Below, one piece after another: positions 10,066 to 21,450 of a stretch of 64,000 nt of DNA; position 1 is the first letter of the stretch, and the number at the start of each line of letters is the position of its first letter. The translations under genes were made by a program, and so were the position numbers. Source of the stretch: an uncultured Nitrospinota bacterium (GTDB lineage Bacteria; Tectomicrobia; Entotheonellia; J063; CAVPRW01); assembly GCA_963707985.1 (NCBI GenBank), contig CAVPRW010000027.1, forward strand, positions 32,001 to 96,000, given 5' to 3'. The notes under the pieces are model-generated. The model was not told the origin of the DNA. It worked only from the letters and a program-made list of their open reading frames with translations, and made no database searches.

Positions 10066-11442
10066 ATGTACGCACTGCGTAGCCTGCATATGTTGAGTCT
10101 CCCCATCCTGCGCACACACCTGGCGCAACGCTGTCCCTTTTATTATGGCTGGGTCGTCTTCGCCATCGCGGCCAGTACGAGCTATGCTGCCCGCCCCCTG
10201 ATGTCGGTAGCGGTCCTGTCGGTGTTCATGGTCCCCATGACTGATGCTTTCGGGTGGTCCCGCGGACTATTCTCCGGGGCCGTCAGCCTTGGCGGAGTTT
10301 GTGCCGTGGTCATTTCCCCCCTTGTCGGCCGCCTGATCGATCGATACGGCTCAGGCTTGATGATCAGCGTCACTTCGGCAGTGGCTGGGGCCTGCGCTGT
10401 CGGGCTGTCCGCCGTCAGCCAGACATGGGCCTTCTACACCGTGTACGTGCCTGGGCGGATGGTCTTTGCCAGCCCACTGGAGTTGGCCACCTCGACAGCC
10501 ATTAGCAACTGGTTCATCCGCCGCCGGTCCTTTGCCCTGGCGCTCCTAGGGGTGACACAGGGCACGGGCCTGGCCCTGATGCCCTTTGTCGCTCAGCAGT
10601 TGATCACCGCCAGGGGATGGCGCAGTGCCTGGACGCTCTTGGGGTTGTTCACCATGGCTACCGGAATTATCCCGGCAATCTTGCTGATGGCCCGTCGGCC
10701 GGAGGACATGAACCTGGAGCCGGACCCATCCTCCATGGCAGCGCGGCAGCCTGAAGCCGTGACGCGGCAGCATCCTCCAGATGGCCGCACTGCGTCGGTC
10801 GTTCACCCCAGCCCTGAGCGCCAGTTCACGCTGAGTGAGGCGCTCCATACGCGGGCGTTTTGGATACTGGCGGTGTTCTCCGCGACGGGATTCCTGGTCC
10901 AGGGCGGGGTGAGCCTACACCAGGTGGGTCACTACATTCGCCAGGGGCTTCCCGGTCCATTGGCCGCCATCATGGCCAGCGTTTTCGCCCTGGCCCAGGT
11001 GCCTGGTGGGCTACTGTGGTCAGCCACCACACGACGTATTCCCGTGCGCTTCGTGCTGGCCATCTCGGGTATCTGTGTGGCTCTGGGAGCTATGGGAACC
11101 GCCCTTTCCGGTACACTACCGTGGGGGATTCTGTCATCTGCCGTCATTGGCAGTGGCGTCGGGGGGTTGCATCTGCTCCTCCGGCTCGCCTGGGCCGATT
11201 ACTACGGCCGCCAACACCTTGGCACCATCCGCGGCATCACCCTACCAGTACAACTTGGTGGCCAGGCCGTAGGGCCGGTCACTGCCGGCTTTGTGTTCGA
11301 CGCCACCGGCAGCTATGAAATGGTGTTTCTTTTCTTCGCCGGAGTCGTGGCCTTAGGCAGTCTGCTCGTGTTGGCGGCTAATCCGCCCAGAGGCGCCGAC
11401 AGGCCAATGACCGCAGAAGCTGAACGCAATACCCTAGGATAG
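10066..11442 (+). CDS. MFS transporter (MCT/OFA-like)
   Basis: FYYGWVV, GRLIDRYG (motif A), NWFIRRR, ADYYGRQHLG. About 12 TM segments. Confidence 0.9.
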   Translation: MYALRSLHMLSLPILRTHLAQRCPFYYGWVVFAIAASTSYAARPLMSVAVLSVFMVPMTDAFGWSRGLFSGAVSLGGVCAVVISPLVGRLIDRYGSGLMISVTSAVAGACAVGLSAVSQTWAFYTVYVPGRMVFASPLELATSTAISNWFIRRRSFALALLGVTQGTGLALMPFVAQQLITARGWRSAWTLLGLFTMATGIIPAILLMARRPEDMNLEPDPSSMAARQPEAVTRQHPPDGRTASVVHPSPERQFTLSEALHTRAFWILAVFSATGFLVQGGVSLHQVGHYIRQGLPGPLAAIMASVFALAQVPGGLLWSATTRRIPVRFVLAISGICVALGAMGTALSGTLPWGILSSAVIGSGVGGLHLLLRLAWADYYGRQHLGTIRGITLPVQLGGQAVGPVTAGFVFDATGSYEMVFLFFAGVVALGSLLVLAANPPRGADRPMTAEAERNTLG

Positions 11443-11511
11443 GAGAGGATGCCCTGACGGATTTACGCATCGTGTGCAATACTCACACGACAACGCACGT
11501 CAGTCAAAGGT

Positions 11512-13083
11512 GTGTCAGAGAACTTGATGATGACTAAAACTGTCACCGACGTCGCCATCATTGGCGCTGGTCATAATGGGTTAGTCGCTGCGGTTATGCT
11601 CGCCAGGCATGGACTGACCGTGAGCGTGTTCGAGGAGCAAGCGACGATCGGCGGAGCCGCCAAAACGGAGTATCCTTTTGGCAAAGCCCCAACGCTCGGC
11701 GCCTCGTCGGGGGCCTATCTATTCGGCCTCATGCCACCAGAGCTCATCGCCAAGTTACAGGCGAAATTTTCCCTCATCCGCCGCGATCCGCATTACTTCT
11801 TGCCCACCACTGATGCTCGCTACCTGCTGTTCGGCTCGGATGTCCAGGCACTGCGCCAGCAATTTCTCACCTTCTTCTCTGAACGGGATTGGCACGCTCA
11901 CCAAGCACTGACTCGAGAAATCGCTCAGATCCGAGACGATCTGGCTCCCAGTTGGCTGGAAGAGCCGCTCTCAGTCAATGACACCGCGGCAAAATATCTC
12001 CGCCCGTCTTTGCGTGAAACGTTCATCGATCTGGTCACCCATCCTGTGGAGCACTATCTGGCGAGGTTTGATTTCGCCAGCGAGCTCCTGGTCGCCATGT
12101 ATGCCGTGACCGATGGCTTCCCCGGCTTGCATGGCAGCTTCGGGACCCCAGCCTCGGGGATGAATTTTTTGGTGCATAACATGTGTCGCTTGCCAGGCTC
12201 GGATGGCACGTGGATGATCGCGACAGGCGGCATGGGTAGCATCACCAAAGAGCTGGCACGCTTGGCCACAGAAGCCGGTGTCAGGATATGGCCCGGCTCT
12301 GGCGTGCAGCACATTATAACCAAGGGTGAACAGGTCGCCGGTGTGGTGTTGACGGACGGCCGTGAGATCGACGTCAATGTTGTGCTCAGCAACGCCGACC
12401 CATTCCGCATGCGTACGCTGGTGGGCCGAGAGAAGTTTCCGCCAGCGTTCAACGCCAAGCTGGACAACTTCCAACGCACTGGCTCCACCTTAAAAGTGAA
12501 TCTTGCCCTGGACAGATTACCGACGTTTCAGTGTTTACCCACAAATTGTGGCCAGCATCACGCCACCATTCATCTGCTGCCGCAAGCACAAGATGTGATC
12601 AGCCATATCCGCAAAGGCTTCGAACAAATGCAAGCCGGTGAGCTGGCTGACTTCCCTCCCATCGAGTGCTACATACATACGCCAGCGGATCCGAGCCTAC
12701 AGGACGAACAGGGCCGACACAGCGCCGCGTTTTTTGTCCAGTGGGTACCGTATGAGCTCAACAACAAGCGCTGGGAGGATGAAGAGGGGCGCTACGTCAA
12801 GCATCTGCTGAGCATCGCGGACCAATTTGCGCCTGGATTCAGCACTAGTGTGGTGGATGTCTTCACCTTGACGCCCAAGAAGATCGAGACACATTTCGGC
12901 ATCAGCTATGGTCATATCCATCATGTCGACAACACCTTCGGCTTTGACCAACGAATGCCCTATGCCACACCCATCGCCGGGCTGTATTCCTGCAGCGCCG
13001 GATGTCACCCGGCAGGTTCGGTGATCGGCGCAGCCGGCCATAATGCTGCAATGCGAGTCCTCAAAGACTTAGCTCGACTTTAG
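11512..13083 (+). CDS. Phytoene desaturase-family FAD-dependent oxidoreductase (PYROXD2-like)
   Basis: IIGAGHNGL Rossmann motif, GGMG, C-terminal GLYSCSAGCHPAGSVIGAAGHNAA. The start may be 11527 or 11530. Confidence 0.88.
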   Translation: MSENLMMTKTVTDVAIIGAGHNGLVAAVMLARHGLTVSVFEEQATIGGAAKTEYPFGKAPTLGASSGAYLFGLMPPELIAKLQAKFSLIRRDPHYFLPTTDARYLLFGSDVQALRQQFLTFFSERDWHAHQALTREIAQIRDDLAPSWLEEPLSVNDTAAKYLRPSLRETFIDLVTHPVEHYLARFDFASELLVAMYAVTDGFPGLHGSFGTPASGMNFLVHNMCRLPGSDGTWMIATGGMGSITKELARLATEAGVRIWPGSGVQHIITKGEQVAGVVLTDGREIDVNVVLSNADPFRMRTLVGREKFPPAFNAKLDNFQRTGSTLKVNLALDRLPTFQCLPTNCGQHHATIHLLPQAQDVISHIRKGFEQMQAGELADFPPIECYIHTPADPSLQDEQGRHSAAFFVQWVPYELNNKRWEDEEGRYVKHLLSIADQFAPGFSTSVVDVFTLTPKKIETHFGISYGHIHHVDNTFGFDQRMPYATPIAGLYSCSAGCHPAGSVIGAAGHNAAMRVLKDLARL

Positions 13084-13369
13084 CCATTGCCGTAGGTCAT
13101 AAGAGCCTTGGCGTACAATTCATTGCTAACTTTTGGCGCGTTACGGATTTGACGCGACATTGAAAAACTCAGGCGACACAGCAGTCCCAGCTCTTTCGGT
13201 TCGCCACTTGTAGTCCAAATGGATCACGATGCGATAGCCATCTGTCGTATGGGTGTATGGGAGACGAACACATGTCCCCTGAAGGAGTCATTCACCGTCC
13301 GAAGAGGCGGCTTCACTTTCCCTGGCGCAAGAAACATGCGATGCTCGTTAGGGACGCGCAAACATTTTG

Positions 13370-13397
13370 TTGACATGTGCTGACATTATGGTATAAG
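13370..13397 (+). promoter_or_regulatory. Putative sigma70 promoter
   Basis: TTGACA-16 bp-TATAAG with an extended -10 TG. Confidence 0.4.
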
Positions 13398-14069
13398 GGG
13401 AGACATTGATGCGCTTCCCCACTCCTCAGTTGCTCGCTGCCGCTGATCTTGAGGCTGCAATAGCTACGGAGCTTGTTCATGCGGAAACGACACGCAAGTC
13501 TCTTCCCCTCCTCCGAACGTCCTGCCCTGCCGGTGCTCCCGGCCCGATCGCGCTCCCTTGCGCGCCCCAACTGCTGAATCAGTGCACCTCGCTTTGTAGA
13601 AACCATCTCGCACGTCGAACATCCCTCGGTCCGCTGCGCCTCTTCCCCTCGATGTGTTGATCCCCCCAGAATTCAAGGCCGCAGTTTGCCCGTGGGTTCC
13701 CGTATGGCTTGCGCGCGATCCGCTAGGAGTCTGTATAGGCACGCGCGATGAGACAAGAGAGGAGGTGGACGAGCAGTCATCCCACATGATCCCTGTAGTG
13801 CGCGTATATAGACGATCGGGCCTGGAACCTTGCACGCATGTACGAGTCCCCAAGCCCGACCTCCGAGGAAGACGCGGTGGAAGGCGCCCCCTCTGGCGTG
13901 CCGGCTTTGCCCCTGACTGCCCCTGGGTAGCCGCCCAGGAGCGCAAGGAACCCGCGGTCGTGGACGATCACGGGAAGGCCGGTATTTCTTATTGTAGAGG
14001 TCTGTCGACTTCTGTCAATGGGACGCCGCTGAAGGGAACCCTCCACCCACAGACCAGAGGAGTATCTTC

Positions 14070-15253
14070 ATGCGGCCCAGTCGACGACCGCAGTTCCTAC
14101 CCCGCATTGTGGCCATTGCCATCACCCTCTTGAGTCTTCTCATCGGCGGGGAGGCCCTGAGCTTGGCGGCCTCTGTCCAGGTGAGTTGGCAGGCCCCCAC
14201 CACCAATGCAAATGGCAAGCACACTGACCGACCTGGCCGGCTACCGGGTATACTACGGCACCAGTGCCGGGCAGTATAGTACAACTCTGCCGGCGGGCAT
14301 GGCCACGCAAGTGGTGATTGCCGGGTTGGCGGAGGGGCAAACCTACTATATCACCGTCACCGCCTATGATACGTCCGGGAACGAAAGTGCCCCTGCCACC
14401 GAAGTGCACTATACCATCCCGACAGCTCCAGGGGATACGACCGCGCCGACGGTGAGCGGTAGCTCTGTCGCAAACCTCGCGACCAACGTGGACCCCAACA
14501 CGACCCCCACCGTGACGTTCAGCGAGGCGATGGATGCCAGCACGCTCAACGCCACCACGGTTCAGCTGCGAGACCCCTCAGGTGCCCTGATCGCCGCATC
14601 AGTGACCTACAACGCCGCTACGAAGACCGTTTCCCTTGATCCGGCGAGTGCGCTGAGCGGCCAATACCGCCTATACCTTGACGATCATCGGCGCCAAGGA
14701 TCAGGGCGGCAACGCCTTGGCCAATTTCTCGCTGCGCTTTACGACGGCGTCTGCGCCACCCCCTGCCTGTCCTTGTAGTCTCTGGGCTTCCACGGATCTC
14801 CCACAGGTGGCCGCGGTGTCCGACACGCGGGCACTGGAACTAGGCCTCAAGTTCCGAGCCACGGTGGCCGGCACGATCACGGGGGTGCGCTTCTACAAGG
14901 GAGCGGGGAATACTGGCACGCATCAGGCGAAGCTCTGGAGTCGTACCGGCACGTTGCTCAGAAGCGTAACGTTTAGCGGAGAAACCAGCACGGGTTGGCA
15001 GCAGATGATGTTTTCGAGCCCCGTGGCCATCCAAGCGAATACGACGTATGTCATCTCCTACTTCGCTCCCAACGGTCATAACGCGACGACTGAGAACTAC
15101 TTTAGTACCGCGCGTACCAAGGGTCCCCTGATTGGATTAGCCGATGGAACCGATGGCCCCAATGGCGTGTATCATATCGGGAGTAGTGCGTTTCCGACCG
15201 ATACTTGGCATCAGAATAGCTATTGGGTTGATGTCATTTTTATGCCCAACTAG
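14070..15253 (+). CDS. Secreted FN3 + Ig-like (Big_5) + DUF4082 protein, two single-base frameshifts
   Basis: GAGGAG RBS and signal peptide. SWQAP..DLAGYRVYYG..SGNES (FN3), VTFSEAMD (Big_5), ELGLKF..ITGVRFYK..YWVDVIF (DUF4082). Extra bases at ~14217 and ~14659 join three ORFs. Confidence 0.8.
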
Positions 15254-15582
15254 GATAGGTTAAATGAACCAATACATGTGGTCGAGCACATCGCCGCGCT
15301 CTTCATCGGCATGAATGGCGAAGTCGTCGGGGGTATCGCCACACTGGTAACCGAGAGAAATCCTGCACCTTTGACACCCCTCGGATGATGCGGGAAGCCT
15401 GACAAGTGGAGGTGGCCGGTGTCTCGAGTGCCCATAATCAGAGAAGTCCTAGGCGTCCCGCCGATGCCTGTGGGGACGTGCGCGTGAGCAGCGCGACAGC
15501 CTATAATGGGGGCCTCTCGGGCGTGACAAACGGGGGATCTTGAGCGCGCGTGCCCACCGGCACACGGCGCAACGGAGGCATT

Positions 15583-16980
15583 ATGACGCGAGTGTCCGCA
15601 CCAATCGCAGAAGTCAAACGCACGGTCTCAGCCCAGTCCCACAGCGCCCTCACCCGTGCCTGGGGGACGGCTGTCGTGGGCACCCTCACCATCCTCGGAA
15701 TCATAGGGCTGGCCCAGGCCCAGCCCACCGGTAATCCGTGTAGCGCCGCTCCGGCTCTTTCCATGACCGGCACACGCAAGGTGGACGTCACGACGGAGCC
15801 AGCATTGCAAAGCGCCGTGGCCAATGCCCAGAATGGCGATACCCTGCTGATTGCCGACGGCACCTACAAACTGACCAATACGCTGTATTTGAATGGAAAG
15901 CACAATGTCACCATTCGGGGAACGTCGGGCTGCGACGGTGTGGTGCTGGTCGGGACGGGCATGGACAACCCCGACCATGGGAATGTCTTGGTTGGTATCT
16001 GGTCTAATTCATTGAATACGACCATTGCCCACCTGACCATTCGCGACACATATGACAACGCTATTGCCTTTAACTCCGGCGCTCGGGCCCCCCATGTTTA
16101 CAGTGTGAAGCTGCTCAACGCCGGCTCCCAGTTCGTGAAGTCCAACCCCACGGACGGTCCCAACGGCATTGGCGTGGATAACGGCATCCTAGAATACTCC
16201 TGGATGGAGTACACGGCCGGGCCACCCGCTACCAACCATGGGGCAGGCGTCGGCTATACCAACGGCATCAGCGCCCATGCCGTGGACAACTGGAGCATCC
16301 GCAACAACCTGTTCAAGAACTTCCATACCCCTGACACGGCGGCCTACCTGTGGAACCCAGCGGTGCTCATCTGGAACCACTCCAGCAATGTCCTCACTGA
16401 AGGCAATGTCTTTATCAATGTGGACCGTGCCGTGGCCTACGGGCTGCAGGATACTACGGGCACCGATAATCAGGGAGGAACGATCCGCAATAACTTTGTC
16501 TACATGGCTCCGGGCCTGTACAGTGCCAGCCGCAAAGCCGGATCTGACGGCACTATCATTGTGAACGATTCCCCCAACACGAAGGTCTACCACAACACCA
16601 TCCTTACCAATGGCAATCTCCATGAATCAATTGAATTCCGCTTTGCCTCCACCACGGGTGGCGAGGCACGCAACAACCTTACTGACGCCCCCATCAACCT
16701 CTCACGCAATGGAGCCAGTGCAGTCCAGAGCGGCAATTACGTGGCCGCCATCCCCAGCATGTTCGTGAACCCGAACGCCGCAGATCTACACCTTTTGTCA
16801 ACTGCCACGCAAGCCATTGATAAAGCTCCAACCCTGCCCGCCGTAACCACTGACATCGACGGCAATTCCCGGCCATTGGGGGCTGGCGCTGATATTGGTG
16901 CCGATGAATTTACCCCCACGGGCGGAGGAGATACCACCCCTCCCGCCCGACCCACTGGCCTCACCATCACCCCCCAGTAA
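15583..16980 (+). CDS. Secreted right-handed parallel beta-helix protein
   Basis: GGAGG RBS, signal peptide ending AQA, GDTLLIADGTY, Asn-ladder repeats (IRNNLF, IRNNFV, YHNTI), C-terminal DIDGNSRP...DIGADE. Confidence 0.82.
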   Translation: MTRVSAPIAEVKRTVSAQSHSALTRAWGTAVVGTLTILGIIGLAQAQPTGNPCSAAPALSMTGTRKVDVTTEPALQSAVANAQNGDTLLIADGTYKLTNTLYLNGKHNVTIRGTSGCDGVVLVGTGMDNPDHGNVLVGIWSNSLNTTIAHLTIRDTYDNAIAFNSGARAPHVYSVKLLNAGSQFVKSNPTDGPNGIGVDNGILEYSWMEYTAGPPATNHGAGVGYTNGISAHAVDNWSIRNNLFKNFHTPDTAAYLWNPAVLIWNHSSNVLTEGNVFINVDRAVAYGLQDTTGTDNQGGTIRNNFVYMAPGLYSASRKAGSDGTIIVNDSPNTKVYHNTILTNGNLHESIEFRFASTTGGEARNNLTDAPINLSRNGASAVQSGNYVAAIPSMFVNPNAADLHLLSTATQAIDKAPTLPAVTTDIDGNSRPLGAGADIGADEFTPTGGGDTTPPARPTGLTITPQ

Positions 16981-17151
16981 GTGGTCGGGTAGGCGCGATA
17001 CGTCGAGGTGTCACGCATCCCTCAGAACTGGGCAGGCGGTGGGGTACGCCGCCAGAAGGGTCGCCTATGGCCCTTTTCCCACCGCCACCAATGTTTGGAA
17101 CGCGTCTGATCCATCATTGGTGCCCATGCCAGATGATTTTCGTGGTTGTAC

Positions 17152-19865
17152 TTAGGCGGTTTCGTGTGGAATCCAGCGGCGGAGCATCGCGGCCAGGTCA
17201 TCGACTTTCACCGGCTTGGAGATATAATCATCCATCCCCGCCGCAAGAACTCTCTCACGGTCTCCCTGCATGGCGTTTGCCGTCATGGCGATGATCGGTG
17301 TGTGACGGGCAGAGCCCTCGCGTTGCCGGATGGCCATTGTGGCCTCGAAACCATCCATGTCAGGCATCTGACAGTCCATCAATACGGCGGCATACGCTGT
17401 CCGCGTCACAGCTTCGACGACCTCGTTCCCGTTGGCCGCGACATCGGCCTTGTACCCTAACTTTTCCAGGAGCCGCACCGCCACCTTCTGATTGATCAGG
17501 TTATCCTCAGCAACCAGAATCCTCAGCTGGAGCTGGGCTTTCACCTGCGCTAACCGGTAGCGGTCGATCAACGGTTGTGTGATCCGGGATGAAACGCCAA
17601 CTGCCGCCGTCGACATCCCTTTGACTAGGATGAGGCAGTCGAAGAGGTGTGACTGCCGCACGGGCTTGGTGAGGTAGGCGGCAATGCCCGCCCGCTGTAC
17701 CAGCTCCTCGTGGCCGCGTTGGGTGATGGAGGTCAGCATGACGAGGGGGAGTGCCGCCAGCGCTGGATCAGCCTTGATCGTGCGGGCCAACTCGAGACCG
17801 TCCATGCCGGGCATCTGCATATCCAACAAGGCAAGGTCGTAAGGTGTCTCCTGCCTCGCAGCGGCGCGGAGCATTTCCAGCGCAAGTTGACCATTGGCGG
17901 CGCCATCGGCACTTATACCCCACGCCGCCACCTGGTGCTGCAGAATCATACGATTCGTGGCGTTGTCATCGACAATCAGCAATCGTTGTCCCTTGAGATC
18001 GATATCCCCCGGCAGCATTGTCTGGACACTGCCGGGGACCGTTGCCAGTCGCACCGTGAACCAAAAGGTACTCCCCTGACCAGGGGTGCTGTCGACTCCG
18101 ATGCTGCCGCCCATCATCTCGGCGAGTTGTTTGGCAATCGCGAGCCCGAGGCCGGTACCACCATACTGGCGTGTGGTCGAGCTATCCGCTTGAGAAAATG
18201 ATTGGAACAATCGTGCGCGTGTTTCGGGAGCGATGCCAGCACCAGTGTCGCTGACTTCAAAACGCACGAGTACCGTGTCCACCTTTGCTTCGGCCAGACT
18301 GACCCGCACGATGACTTCTCCCTGTTCCGTGAATTTAATGGCGTTGCCCACCAGGTTCATCAGGATTTGACGCAGCCGGCCGGGGTCGCCCCTCAGCAGT
18401 GTGGGGACATCGTGGTAGACTAGACAGGCTAGCTCCAAACCCTTACTGTCGGCCCGTTCGGCCAGCAAGACAGCGACCTCTTCGATGACGGTGCGCAGAT
18501 CGAATTCGAGGGACTCAAGATCTAATTTGCCGGCTTCGATTTTCGAGAAATCGAGGATGTCATTGATAATGGTCAATAACGACTCGCCTGAGCGACGCAC
18601 CGCCTCACCATACTCGCGCTGCTCTTGAGTAAGCTCGGTATCCAGCAGCAAGCCGGTCATGCCGATCACGCCGTTCATGGGGGTGCGGATTTCATGGCTC
18701 ATGTTGGCCAGGAACTCGCTCTTGGCACGATTGGCAGCCTGGGCTTCTTTCAGGAGATGGTCATTTTCTTCTTCGACGCGCTGGCGCTTGTCGATCATGC
18801 GCTGAAACGCCGCGATCAAATCGGCGATTTCTCCGGTCGTCTTGTGCTTGGCCAGGGCCTGCAAGCCCACATCCTTCTGGGTGAGGCGTGCGTCGCTGAC
18901 CCCCATAGGAGGATTGGGCGATACGGCCCGGCGCCTCCGCGATCGCATTCATGACAGAAACCGTCTCTTTCATAGGGGCAAATGCCCGACGTGTATACCA
19001 GTTAAGGCCCACCAACGCGCCGACGACCACGCACGCGACGGCGCCATAGGCAATCCGATTGATGCGGCGTTGCTTAGTATAACTCTCGGTATGGTCGTCG
19101 ACGCTGACGAGCTGGGCTTGAGGTCGTCCAGACGCATCATAGATGGGCGTGCTGAGGACAGAGTAGATCTTGTCGTGCAATTCATAAATCTTAAAAGACT
19201 CGGTATCGAGGGCGGGCAAGTCCGGCTTCAGTTGACTGAGTAAAAGCGCATCCGTGGCATATTCTGCGCCGGCATCCTGCCGCACAATAAAGGCTTCAGC
19301 CCGGCGTTTGCGCTTGAAGTCATTCAAGGCGTCTTGTAGACTGCGAGCAAAAATCCCCGCTCCGATCGGTTTACCCCGCAGATACAGGGGGAAGACGAGA
19401 AGCGCCACCAGCTCTCCATCATCATCTCGTTCAATACCTTGTTTCACCTTGCCTTGCTGAAGGGCTTCAAGCACGAGACCCTTGCTGGTCGACCCCTGTC
19501 GACAGGTCCGGCGCGGAAAATAACACTGCGCCATCCAGCTCTGTCAATTGCAGCTTGGTGAGGACAGATGCGGCACTCAGACGGTTGTAGGTTGGCATGG
19601 CGTTGGCCGCCAACCTGCTGGGATCATGGTCGTAAAGGGCTTGCAATGCCCCTTCGTTCCTGGTGAGCCCGGAAATGCTAGCGGTCATAAGCTCCAGCTG
19701 ACCGGAGACAATCTCGTGCCAGAGCACATCCTGCCTGGAAATGGTGGCGTGGCGAAACCGTTCTTCAACACTGTTCTGGGCCATCCAGCCCAGCCCAATC
19801 AGCGACCCCACAACCACCAGGAGGGTCGACATCACGACGAAAATCAAACGTGTCTGCAATGTCAC
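17152..19865 (-). CDS. Hybrid sensor histidine kinase (TM - Cache-like periplasmic domain - TM - HisKA - HATPase - two receiver domains), two frameshifts
   Basis: [16 protein letters not shown]-box, [23 protein letters not shown], and two REC domains (LLDMQMP, LMDCQMP). One extra G in G-runs at ~19495 and ~18902 joins three ORFs. Confidence 0.88.
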
Positions 19866-19892
19866 GGTAACCCCACCTCTCGAAACATAGCC

Positions 19893-20312
19893 CTATTCGA
19901 CAGGATAACCTGCCGCCTGCCAGTCAGGGAACCCAAGGCGATAGTAGAACACGCGGGTAAACCCCCACCTGACAGCAGAAGCAGCTGCCTGAGAACTGCG
20001 TGGGCATTTTGTCCCATTACAGTACATCACCACTTCCTGGTCCGGTCGTGCCACGGCACGTAGGGACTCTTCGTTCAGCCCTTTGTCTAACTCCAGATGG
20101 ATAGCACCAGGTATGCGTCCAGCCTCCCAATCAGCCTCGTTCCGCACATCGACGAAAATCGCGCTGCCGTCAAAAAGGGTCTTTGCCCGAGCCGTATCAA
20201 TAGTAATCGCCCCTGGCACAGTCTCCGGGGACACATATTCGGCCCCGGCTCTGGCATGCGGCGTCATGAACATCATGAACAGGATCCATCCCAACACCAG
20301 ACTATCGGACAT
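19893..20312 (-). CDS. Exported rhodanese-like domain protein
   Basis: Signal peptide (ARA), FVDVR, GRIPGAIHL, YCNGTKCPRS, GFPDWQAAGYPVE. GGAGG RBS. Confidence 0.88.
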   Translation of the reverse strand: MSDSLVLGWILFMMFMTPHARAGAEYVSPETVPGAITIDTARAKTLFDGSAIFVDVRNEADWEAGRIPGAIHLELDKGLNEESLRAVARPDQEVVMYCNGTKCPRSSQAAASAVRWGFTRVFYYRLGFPDWQAAGYPVE

Positions 20313-20794
20313 GGCACACCTCCTACGGACGGCGAGGGTCCGTCACCCTCTTCGCAAGTCGTCACAATCCGCACGAGCCCTACGTAAACCCTACTAGCCT
20401 AGGAAGGTATTCCTCCTAGGCCAGGTAGGGGATGGCAAGCACACCGGTTGCCAGAGACGTCTCCATAACCATGCCAATGCTACCATAGAATAAATAATCA
20501 TTAAAGATAAAAATTAATCTATATTTATCTATAAATATTTTAGTCTTTTGAGCTTGGCCCTCGCTGAACCACTACGTGGATGTTCGATGGGTCAGTGTCA
20601 CTGCGCTGACGTACTCGACTCTCTCGGCAGAACAGCGCGGGCGGTCCTGAAGCGGGTAAACAAAGTTCGGACGGAAGCCACAGGGCGGGCCACACCATGA
20701 CCTTGACACCACACACCAACCGCTCTACACTCGCATCGGATCTCGCTTATGAGGCACAGAGACAGAGACAGTCACCAGCGCAAAGGACGGAGCG

Positions 20795-21208
20795 ATGAGA
20801 CGCCCAACGTTCATGCTTGTAGTTGGCATGGTTGTAGGGGTCGGACTCGGACTGCTCACGGGCCAGCTTCTCCATGCCCAGCCTGAGACGATCAAGCGCA
20901 CCGTGCTCCTCAAGACCGACCTGGCGGGAATCGAGGGCCGTGAGGCCGTTGTGGGGCTGGCGGAAGTGGCCCCGGGAGGTGCTACAGGGGGCCATTATCA
21001 CCATGGGGATGAACTGGGCTATGTGTTAGAAGGGACCGCCGTATTGGAGGTGGAGGGCCAGGGACCAGTCGCCCTGAAAGCAGGCGATACCTATCATGTC
21101 GAGGCTATGCGCCCCCACAATGCGAAAGTCACCAGTACAATCCCGGCTAAGGTCTTGGCTATCTGGATCGTTGAGAAGGGGCCGCCGCTGGCGACACCCG
21201 TCCAATAA
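20795..21208 (+). CDS. Exported cupin domain protein
   Basis: HYHHGDELGYVLEG and GDTY.....PH cupin motifs, with an N-terminal signal or TM segment. Confidence 0.88.
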   Translation: MRRPTFMLVVGMVVGVGLGLLTGQLLHAQPETIKRTVLLKTDLAGIEGREAVVGLAEVAPGGATGGHYHHGDELGYVLEGTAVLEVEGQGPVALKAGDTYHVEAMRPHNAKVTSTIPAKVLAIWIVEKGPPLATPVQ

Positions 21209-21450
21209 TGGCACGCCATCGGCATGAGTCCACGAAGGCAGATCTCATGGCCATCCGTTGCGCGACCAGCATACGCCTCGGCTATGGGTGATTGAAGATC
21301 ATCGTTGACATGGATGGGTTTCTCATGCAAGGCTTTTAAGGGGAGGCGTTGACGCAGTTACCCTTGAGATGTGTGTCACAGCAACCAGCGGAATCGTGAA
21401 GCTGAGGTGGATGCTCACGTGCGAGCATAGCCCTCAAAACAACACGGTTA

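Noticed and set aside
20455..20480. Sigma54 promoter for the rhodanese-kinase operon (TGGCAT on the minus strand)
   Set aside because: The -12 GC is missing at the required spacing.
20645..20705. c-di-GMP-I riboswitch-like words (GGTAAAC...GGACGGAAGCCACAGG)
   Set aside because: There is no room for the P2 stem with a GNRA loop, and I could not build a convincing P1.
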